Positions 54,266 through 64,000 of a stretch of 64,000 nucleotides of DNA are shown one piece after another. The translations under genes were made by a program, and so were the position numbers. The stretch is taken from contig NC_043002.1 in assembly GCF_006345805.1 (NCBI RefSeq), positions 120,218,001 through 120,282,000 on the forward strand, given 5' to 3'. The number at the start of each line of letters is the position of its first letter. Position 1 is the first letter of the stretch. The notes under the pieces were generated by a model that saw only the letters and a program-made list of their open reading frames with translations, ran no database searches and had not been told where the DNA came from. Source of the DNA: Octopus sinensis (Eukaryota).

Positions 54266-56099
54266 ATATATATATATTTCTGTATATATTTCTGTCTACC
54301 AAACCACTCACAAGGGCTTGATCAACCTACGGCCACCGTAAAAGACACTTGCGCAAGGAACTGCATAATGGGGCTGAACTTATGACAACATCGTTGGGGA
54401 GCAAGCTACTCAGCTTTCGCCTAAATATATATAGTTCCAGCTTGTTGATGATCCCACACCCGCAGTACGTTATTTAATACACACCAAAAGCACATAAACT
54501 GATATGCAAACGAATAAAAGAAGAATCATTTTAGTACATCTTATCCTCGATAATTTGTGTGGTATAGTACCCCCAACCCCTTTGATGATCTGTGTCGTCT
54601 CTTTGGGTCCTTAAATTTTCTTTCTGCTCACAAGATGGTATTAGCATTGCCTATGGAGATGTAGTAACTAGTTGAAACGAGTCGAGGTTTCCCTCTCTTC
54701 ACTCTGAATACAGATCCTGAGGTTTAAAAGCGGAATCTATTTACACAGCGAAGTTAATTGTGTATTAAACGTATGCAAATACATATATTTACAAATTATT
54801 ATTTTCAAACGCTCTATCTCAACACGGTAATTCATATATATATAATACACTTGTTTAGCGGTGTTAATCATTGCTCTGCTATTATTCGAAGGCAGAACAT
54901 TCATGAGCTTTCGAATATCAATTTAAACCACAGTACTTATTGTTTAAAATCCTACTACTTCTTCGATTACTATCAAATGTGCGCGCAATAACATTATATA
55001 TGTGGAAGTGGATTTTAAAGGACGGTCAAGCTGGAGCCTTGTAGGGGTGCTTTCGTAAAACATGCATATTACCCACTTCAGATCCATGTTCGTGCTCTGT
55101 ATTCGCTCTTTTGTGTTTGTAAGTCTGGGAGTGGTGATTAAAGTGTGTGATTATAATTAAACAGTTCATTTTGCTAGTCGATGTCATACTTTCTGCGCTT
55201 AAGCATATTTTTCTGCGCACTTGGCGTGTGGCATAGAATATGCGCGTACAAGTGTAAGCATATGGGTTTTGTATTGTCAAAATATATGCGTTTGGATTTC
55301 TGGTCAATGTTGTTGCGAGCACCCCCGTGTATATGCATGGGTGTGTAGAGTGGTGTGATGTAGTGTGGTGTGATGTGGTGTGGGGGGGGGGCTTATAGGG
55401 AATAGTTGGTGTAGTTCTATGTTGAGTTTACAATAGTTTACTTGAATCTGCATATTTTCGAATGTGAACAAAACCAGGAAATCAATTTGATATGTGCATG
55501 AGACTGTCCGCATGTGCATCTATGTATCTGTATGCATGTGTTTGTGTGAAGATTATACATTATGTGGGTTGTATGCACGCAACTGTGTGCGTTTGCAATG
55601 TTATGAGTCTGAAAGAGAAGAAGGTTATAGTGTTAGATAATGTATGCGTTTTTGTGTATAAATTTGTGAGCGTGAGTTGCTATCATATTAAAGTCGATAC
55701 ATAAGCATTTATGCAGTTTGTGTATCCTAATACGGTCTGTGTATTCAGTCTATATGGATGTGTTACGAATATGCACGCATTTATTTATATTTACCTTTGT
55801 GTTCTTGTACCTTTGGGTGAGTGTGTATATATGTGTTTGTCAATATGCAGATGTGTTGTGTCGTGTATTTTTTATGTCTTTCTATAGATATACGTGGTAC
55901 GGTCCAGAAGGATCGTAACGATTAGCGTGAGTGTGGCCATTTCGTATTTGTGCATACAACACATAGATCATCGAGTACATGTTACGTTAGTCACTGTGGT
56001 TGGCGAGTGTGTGTAATGTGTTATAGCAACTGCACGCTGTTAAAGAGTAATTGCTTCTGCATGGTTAAGTGGATGGTGCTAAAATTGCAGGTTAACGAC

Positions 56100-56900
56100 C
56101 TATGTTGATTAATGTAGATGTTTAGACATCTTAGGCATACAGGTGGAGATGGATTCGGATATTTTGCTGAGTAGTGGTTTGTTCACAAATATAATGTGAA
56201 TGCTTTCTAGTGTACATAAATTACAGTCTGTCACAACTATAATGTTATAGGACTGATTGTCTAATGACATGTTGCTTATACGGCGTGGGGTGTTCGCGAA
56301 GTTGCCAAGCATAGCAAAGGATTTAAGTGGTGATTCACTCCTTTGTTCTAGTTAAATGAAGTTGTGATCTCATTGGCAATGAAGCAGATGCTGGGAAAGA
56401 GCATACTATTATTTTGCAGACTCTATTGGTTTTCCTGTTAAGGCTATCAGAGTTTATTCCAAGTCAGTTATATTTATCGATGTTAGAAAATACAATGGTC
56501 TGCGCTAAGTTGTTGGGTGGTAGAGTATGATAGTTCTCCTATATTCCTATTAAAGATTTAAAATTACTATTGACAATGTTAAAATGCTGTTGTAGAAGGG
56601 AGAAGGAGTGTCTGGCAATGATGATCTTCAGCCATGAATTATATGAGTGTTATATCAGGTGACTTTGAAGGAGTAGTTAAGTGGTTAGCCTCTGTTGTTC
56701 AGTAGGGCAGTAGAAAAGATTTCTGTTATTTCTCCGTTAAATCCAATCTTGCACAGAATATCAGTATAGTACTGAGAGTTGTTCTGAAAAATCATGCCGT
56801 CAGCAGAGAGTAAAAAAGTGGAGTGAGTTATATTTTTAATTATCTTATTGGTGTCAGACTACGGGTGATTGGAGTGTATGCAGCTGTGCTGTAATGTATG
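56100..56900 (-). pseudogene. Possible very old LINE apurinic-endonuclease region
   Basis: Strong strand skew and a TTPSKSPDITL..EDH-like peptide on the minus strand. Weak match. Confidence 0.3.
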
Positions 56901-56912
56901 TATACATAAACA

Positions 56913-56943
<31 letters not shown>

Positions 56944-57309
56944 CATTGCTAAACAGGACAGAAAATATTAAGGCAAGGCAAACATCCCAAGTCGTTTCCT
57001 ATAATAATATTTTATACGACTTGAGATGATTGCCTTGCCTTAATGTTTTCTGTCTTGTTTAACAATTATATATCTCATAAGGGGGATCAGTCATATGAAT
57101 GTGGCTAGGGGCAGGGCGGGGTGGTGGGGGTGTTACTGATGCTGCATCGGAAATCTGCAATGACTCCATAACTACCGTCTCGACTGTAACCATGAAGCCC
57201 TAGTAATCCATTACAGCACTTACCTAGCGTACCTAATCGCTTAGATCACATGTGAACTAAACCCCTATGATATATATATATATATATATATAATTCATAA
57301 TATTCTATG

Positions 57310-57353
57310 TTACTTTTGACAATCTTTTTCCAAGAGTGAAACCGGTTAAGTAA
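57310..57353 (+). ncRNA. Minimal hammerhead with U3-A8 core pair inside a ~100-bp (TA)n-flanked insert (about 57293-57392)
   Basis: Stem I TTACTT/AAGTAA, core TTGACAA, stem II CTTTT/AAGAG, GAAA, palindromic stem III ACCGGT, site GUU. Confidence 0.68.
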
Positions 57354-57391
57354 ATAAACATCTTTTAAATTGCATTTTCAAACCTTCTTTC

Positions 57392-57467
<76 letters not shown>

Positions 57468-57469
<2 letters not shown>

Positions 57470-57692
57470 GGAGTAAACACATAAATGTGAAACAAGGTGG
57501 AAAGAAGAGTACTCAAATACCAGTGGTAGAGTAATATGTTTTATTTAAAGCAGCAGAAAATTCAACAAAACTGTTACTCTGAGTTTCCCGTTGCCGTTCA
57601 TCGGACAGTTTTTAGCAAAGACTGTCCGATGAACGGCAACGGGAAGCTCAGAGTAACAGGTTTTGTTGAATTTTCTGCTGCTTTAAATAAAG
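57468..57692. mobile_element. Mini palindromic PLE-type element with two U4C hammerheads
   Basis: Arms 57540-57609 and 57621-57691, 11-nt spacer, left arm extended to 57468, (TA)n flanks. HHR reads ACTGT CCGATGA A CG GCAA CG G GAA ACTCAGAGT A ACAGT. It is intact on - (57570-57609); the + copy has GAAG instead of GAAA. Confidence 0.75.
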
Positions 57693-58151
57693 TATATATA
57701 TATATATATATATATGCATAATTGTGAGAATGTGTGTGTGACAGAGAAATATATGCGACACTAGGTGTTGTAGCTGTCTGCAAGAAAGGTGGTAAAGTTA
57801 GAATTTCTATATTTTGAATAACATAGTCAAACCTATTTTTTTATATTTGTTGCTCCTAAATCAGAAATTCTCCATGTCACTGATAACAAGAATACAACCG
57901 CTTGTAGACAATCTGCCTGGTACAAAAATATAAAATTTATAAAATACTTTTAAGACAAACAGCTACTGGTTTTCAAAAATTTTTTATCTTTTCTTATTCA
58001 TCTTCTTGTAGTGAATTTATATGCGGTGAAATAGTGAAATCAGATTTTGTTTCTGAATGTTTCACCTTTCTGTCTATAACATATATCAAAAAAGAAACAG
58101 TTCTCGCTTGTTTGCGCTCATTTTTATTTTACATTCTACCTATATTTTCAG

Positions 58152-58196
58152 GACGAGAAAGAACAGACGATGCGAATCATGGGATATTTACATCTG
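58152..58196 (+). CDS. Same receptor gene, 45-bp exon (nAChR exon 3 equivalent)
   Basis: TTTTCAG|GACGAGAAA...CATCTG|GTTAGT. Exactly 45 bp, phase 0/0, encodes DEKEQTMRIMGYLHL (cf. alpha7 DEKNQVLTTNIWLQM). Not present in the ORF track. Confidence 0.88.
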
Positions 58197-61100
58197 GTTA
58201 GTAAATAGTTGTGCTTTCTCTTTCTTCTATAATTTTTTTAAAAATATATTCCTATATAATGAAGAGAATGAAGCAGTAGAAAACTTCCTCTAATTGAACT
58301 AAAAAGAAATAATTTTATCGATGATAACTAGGTGACATCAGAGGAGAGTAACTAAATACACATTTTCTACAGATTTCTTTTTATTTCTGTTTTTCTAAGC
58401 GCCGTTCTTTTCATCTCAAATGGCTGATATCTTTAAATGGAAAATAATTTAATGCTAAAGACAGTTTGTCTTTTACGTACAAGGCATTTTAAATAAGTCA
58501 TTGCGTTTAGATATATGAAATATAAGTAAATATACTGTAATCTTTGTTTTCGAGACAGGAATTCTGTGTCTGTACATGATGTATTGTTGTTTTCCGATAA
58601 CCCTGATTGGAATGATATTGAACGGATGATTGTGATTTTCTTTTGACTAAACTATTTCCATCTACCTTAGTAAATTCCTGATATTTCGATGATAGAATCA
58701 CTTAAATTGATTCCTCTGAGAAGTACATCAGAAAAAGTGGAGTCGCTGCAACAATAGATATACAAAAATTATATAAGAAAATTGCAAATAAACAAGTACT
58801 CTCACAGATTATAATTAGAAGAATAATGATTTCTTATATCAGTGCAAATATGCAAAGTGAAAGTGAAGAGTCAATAGTATCAAGCAGTAAATGACTGGTA
58901 CGTATCTGATAGACGCTAGGAGACCACCCCTGGAAGACCACCCCTGGAAGATTTCAACTCAAAATGTTTGAGGGTCAAAATATAATTTAAAGCCTTTATT
59001 CTGAAATAATGACTTCCTGTGTATTGCCATGTAGAACTTTCCAAAGTAGCTCCGTTTTGCTAATTAAACACTTGAGATGTACTATCAGCATGAAAATCAT
59101 TACATCCGTAACATAGTTGATATACAGAGCTTTAAAAAGCACAGTAGAAATTAATAAGCGCTGGGGAATGTACAATTACATCAAATGTAATTTTTGTATA
59201 TAAACATTGCGATTCTTGTAAGTAAATAAATTATGCCACGTCTTGCTATTTTCTGACGAATGATCTTATGACTAAATTAGTATTTGAAATAGATGTACCG
59301 TATATTGAAATTTTCTGATGAATGCTGGAATAAGACGAGTTGTGTAACAACTTTTATATTCAATGTGTATTTTATCAGTAGTTTGATACTATAGAGCATT
59401 AAATGAATGCAATGTGGACATACCATAATTTTTATGAAAATAAATTGGATAGTTTTATGTTATGTTCTTTCAAGATTAAGAAATCGTATATGGAAACTAA
59501 CAGGTAGCCTCACATTTTTATTGAGTAGGTGTCCGAAGATATTAGGAGAGAATTCATCGCTGTTAAAATAGAGTGTAGATTAAAGGAAGTTCATAAACGG
59601 GTAATCCTGATATCTAAAATTAACAGACGGCAATGCCTGCATTTTCTTATTTCCTAATGCATCACAAACTACCGCGGAATATTTGAAGGTATCTAATTTA
59701 CTTATTACGGCTCTTGCGTAGATAACATGTGCTGCAATCTGTGAATGCAAAGTAATAATTTACTGGGTTGTGCTCTTTAGGCGAAATACGATAACTGCGA
59801 CTGCAACAGTTGACGTGTTGCTAGAACAATTTAAGATGCTGGACAATCGCTTCAATTAAGCTAAGTGGTGGCAAGTGTTGGATGCGTGATGAGGAAAATG
59901 ATATATTGCAGTGCACTACAGGATAAAAATATATGTAGTCTTACTTTTCCTTACTATTTTATAGTTCTAATATGTACATATTTTGTTTCTACCAAATTCT
60001 TTCCTTGTTTAAGTAGTAAATGTATGAAAACGATGAATAATTTTCTCGGTATTTGTGCTTGTTTTCAAAACATTCTATCTTTCACCTTCGCTTTTAACAT
60101 TGGAATTCTTCCTTCAGAATAAAATAATCATACTAGCTGAAATACCGAAACGTAACTCAGAAATTACCTGAATGAGTGAGAAAGTTCAAATCAATACCAA
60201 CTTTGCTTTTACAATCGATAACTCTTGAAAATCTTTGAATATCTGAATAGCGTAGAAAATCTTCTAATAATATGTAATGCAATTTATTAAGTGGCATAAA
60301 AATCCTTAATATAAAGTTATTTCAATAAAAGTTTGCATTACCGTGGTGCTAATAATGGCGGGAAGCTGTCGGAAATAATGTGTCGCTTTTGACACTTTAT
60401 TAAACTCTGTTCTGTAGTAAATTTAGAAAATGAAATCCAGTCCTCCAGTAATAAAAGTTGGAATTACCGTCTCTTACCAGACTGCCATGGAAAATGTTTA
60501 TCACGAGAAAATTATTTAATGAAAGGAAGGCGTTATTATATTCGTAATCATTGTCGAGGAAATAAAACTATGTCAGGCCCGTTTTCTGATAATTGTTGTT
60601 TAAAATGGATTGTGTTCGAAGCAAACTAAATATTGTATTGGAAAGAAAATATAAAAGACCATTCAATTTTTGACACTGTAAAGGATGATCACTTCATAAT
60701 TACTTGGTAATTAATACAGTGGAGAATACATATTACCCTTTAGTTACTACATTGTTAAAAGATCACTGCCAGATCGAACAATATTCTTTACTACAAGTAG
60801 AGCATACTTTAAATATATTGTATGATTTTTGGTTTAAATTTCTTCATGAATAAAATAGGGAATGAAATAATTGGTAAATGTATCAGAGTCAGTTTCGTTA
60901 AGTGTTTAATTCTATGCTTATGGATAGTTTTTCCAGGTGCATCAAACGTTAGAAGTATTCAATCATTTACTGATTGAATCCTTTCGTTTACAATCCGATA
61001 GATAGTACCACAAAAAATGTTATTCGAATATTTTCGACTAAGCCATATACTGTAAAAAGGTAGTACAAGAAAAAAAGAACACAAAGTCATGTAATAATGC

Positions 61101-61225
61101 TTTTCAACTGATGCAACGTAAATGTAAAATATCGTCAATTTAAAATTCTGATCTTGGTTATATTTCAAGGTTAATCTTTTATTTAACCTTATTACTAAAT
61201 AATGTACATTGTAAAACATGTTGTG

Positions 61226-61603
61226 AGGCACAGGTGTGGTTGTGTGGTAAGAAGCTTGCTACCCAATCCCATGGTTCCAGATGCAGTCCCACCTCGTGGC
61301 ACATAAGGCATCTACTATAGCCTCGGGGCAACCTAAGCATTGTGAGTGGATTTGCTAGACGGAAACTGAAAGAAGCTTGTCATATACGTGTGTGTATGTG
61401 TGTATGTGTCTTTGTGTCTGTGTTTTTCTCCCACTGCCACATCACAACAAGTGGTGGTTTGTTTATGTCTTCGAAACTTTACGATTCGGCAAAAAAAAAA
61501 CTGACAGTATTAGTACCAGGCTTAAAAGTAAGTACGGGAGCCGGTTCGTTCGACTTAGAATTCTTCAAGGCAGTGATCCCGCATGACTGCAGTCTAATGA
61601 CTT
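61226..61603 (+). mobile_element. Older copy of the same SINE family (other fragments near 9820-9990, 10700-10830, 41120-41260, 41570-41690, 53420-53572, 54290-54410)
   Basis: Colinear diverged match to 38298-38693. Confidence 0.75.
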
Positions 61604-62371
61604 AGCATGTAAAGCACGACGCGACACGATCGTGGCCGCCAGGCACGGGTCGACAGCCCACGATCGTGGCCCAGACAGATGCATTTAATTTATGGGTGTT
61701 TGTTGGGGTCAAATGTCATTCAAACGCCCCGATGCTCCCGAGAATGCAAGAGGAGTAGTAGTTCAACTAATGACTATTCAGATGACGTAAGACTTGCCAC
61801 CATTATATACTAAGAAGACATTTTAACTACTTTTTGCTTTTTATGTATGTATGTATGGTAGTCTCATATTCATAAAATCTGCTCAGCAGTCCATGTTATG
61901 TAATGTAAATCCCAGCGCTTTGTGGGTTAAACAAGTAAACTATAAAGATAAATCTTGTCTAAAAATCTTGTCTAAAAATATTCCATTGCATAAATATTGT
62001 CTAAAAATATTCCATTGCAAATAAAACTCAATAAAACAGAATCAAGGTGATAAACACCTAGTGGTGTAATCAAGTCAAAGCATGTCGGGCGCCGAATTAA
62101 ACCGTATTATGAAACTCCACGGCTCTATTTTAAAAATACTGCATATCACATATGTGAGAAATTATTGATGATAAGGACTTTAAGGATGTTTTCTTTTTTT
62201 TAATATGTCCTTGATGGTTGATTTAGATTTCCGATTCGTCATTCATAGCATGCAAATATACGATACAAAATATTTCTCTTACCTAAAGTACTATGGTCAA
62301 AGGTAACAAATGATTATTTTTCTGTTCTAAAAATGTTCTCATGTTTGAAAATCATTATTAAAATGCTAGAC

Positions 62372-63245
62372 TAGTTTACAGAATTGTTTGCACGCCGTGA
62401 AAATACTTAACGGCATTTCGTCAGTCTTTGCGTTCTTAGTTCAAATTCCGCCGAGGTTGACTTGGCTTTTCATCATTTCGGGGTTGATAAAATAAGTACC
62501 GGTTGAGCACTGGGGTCGATGTAATCGATTCAGCCCCTCCCTTGATATTGCTGGCCTTGTACCAAAATTTCAAATCATTATTTATTTCTTTATTGCCCAC
62601 AGGGGGTTAAATATAGAGGGGACAAACAAGGACAAAGGGATTAATTCGATTGCATATACTTAATTAATTGACCCCGAAAGGGTGAAAGGCAAAGTCGACC
62701 TCGGCGGAATTTGAACTCAGAACGTAACGGCTGACGAAATACGGCTACGCATTTCGCCCGGCGTGCCAACGTTTCCGCCAACTCGCCGCCCATTTAAATC
62801 ATTATTGAAATGCTTGGCCGTGAGCAGGCAGAATCGTCAGAACGGCGGTCGATATGCTTAGCCCATCTTCAAGTCCTAAGTTCAAACACTGCCGAGGTAG
62901 ACTTTGCCTTTCATCCTTTCCGTATCGATAAATTAAGTACAAGTCAAGTACTGGGATCGATGTAACCAATACACCTCTCCTGGTGCCTATAGTAGAAAGG
63001 ATTATTAAAATACTAGAAAATAAAACAATAGTTTCTGATTTAGGCACCAGGCCACAAGTTTTATGGGGAGAGCGTTAGTTGATACAAACCATCCCCCTAC
63101 ATAACTACACTTAGTACTTGATTTGTATCGATTCCAGAGGAAAGAAAGGCAAAGTTAACTTAGACGTGATCTGAACTCAGAAGGTGAAGAGCTGGTAGAA
63201 ATACTGAGAGTCTCTTTACGACCATCTAACGATTCAGCCTATCTA
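62372..63245. mobile_element. Cluster of four SINEs of this family in alternating +/-/+/- orientation
   Basis: About 62372-62577 (+), 62578-62791 (-), 62816-63006 (+), 63020-63245 (-). Confidence 0.75.
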
Positions 63246-63266
63246 CCACACTTATATCATCATCAA

Positions 63267-63324
<58 letters not shown>

Positions 63325-63400
63325 TACGTTAAACCAACAAATCAATATGAAACATTCTATTTAATATATATAATATATATATATACATGTTTTTTCGTAG

Positions 63401-63510
63401 GATTGGACTGACCACCAACTAAAATGGGCACCTGACCGTTACGGTGGATTGAAACATCTCGTCTTACCAACAGATAAAGTTTGGACTCCACAACTTCTTT
63501 TAGGCAATTC
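63401..63510 (+). CDS. Same receptor gene, 110-bp exon (nAChR exon 4 equivalent)
   Basis: TTTTTCGTAG|GATTGG...GGCAATTC|GTAAGC. Exactly 110 bp, phase 0 to 2, encodes DWTDHQLKWAPDRYGGLKHLVLPTDKVWTPQLLLGN(S), the classic WxDxxLxWxPxxYGG...WxP motif. The gene continues beyond the window. Confidence 0.92.
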
Positions 63511-64000
63511 GTAAGCATAATTATTTTGAGCTTTCAATGTTAACTTTCAAATATATTTTTCTATAAAATTTGTAATCTGCCTGAGTCGATAAGTGTCGGC
63601 CCCGTCCTCAATAGGTCTACCCTAATAAAGAAAATCCTCAATAGGTCTACCCTACACTCATCAGTCTTCTATTTAATCCAGAGAAAACATCATAAGCAAT
63701 AATACAAAAGAAAACGCTGGGCTACTGGTTTCTCTGGTGTAAGTGCTTTTCTACATTGTGTCTTAATTCCTGTTTTCTGATCCGAGTTGTTATGGTTTTA
63801 GTAGCAGAAGAAAGGGTTAATGTATATGAATTATATAAACACAATTTCAGCGTGGAACATTTTTATAAGCCATTTGTCAAATTATTTTCGTCGCAGTTTC
63901 AAAGCGTGGCTTAATGATTAAGGTATTCGACTCACGATCTTACGGTCGCGAGCTCAATTCTCAGCGAGGCGTTGCGTCTCTTGAGCAATACACTTTGTTT

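Noticed and set aside
59233-59335. CTGACGA and CTGATGA heptamers
   Set aside because: No stem II or correctly placed GAAA, so chance matches. Similar cases at 18250, 30010, 36780, 48656, 51133 and 63660.

Overview
AT-rich, microsatellite-saturated animal genomic DNA. The SINE families and the gene type point to a coleoid cephalopod, most likely Octopus (inference). Most ORFs in the supplied track are artefacts of simple repeats. Three exons of a + strand Cys-loop (nAChR-like) receptor gene are recognisable at 36192-36346, 58152-58196 and 63401-63510. They have canonical nAChR exon sizes and phases but altered acetylcholine-binding residues, as expected for an octopus chemotactile-receptor-like gene. 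The rest is a mosaic of tRNA-derived SINEs, R4/Dong-like and CRE-like non-LTR fragments, a non-autonomous Helitron and a Merlin-like fragment. The most striking signal is a dense set of Penelope-like-element (PLE) derivatives inserted in (TA)n tracts, which carry minimal type-I hammerhead ribozymes (HHRs) at about 11 loci. These include a 2.8-kb near-perfect palindrome (two 5'-truncated RT/GIY-YIG PLE arms, 1-nt spacer, one HHR per arm), two mini-palindromes, two partial-tandem copies consistent with a circular RNA template, a 100-bp HHR-only insert and a tRNA-headed SINE with an HHR tail. Several HHRs have non-canonical cores (U4C, U3-A8, A6U). All RNA folds were paired by eye and none is tested for activity.
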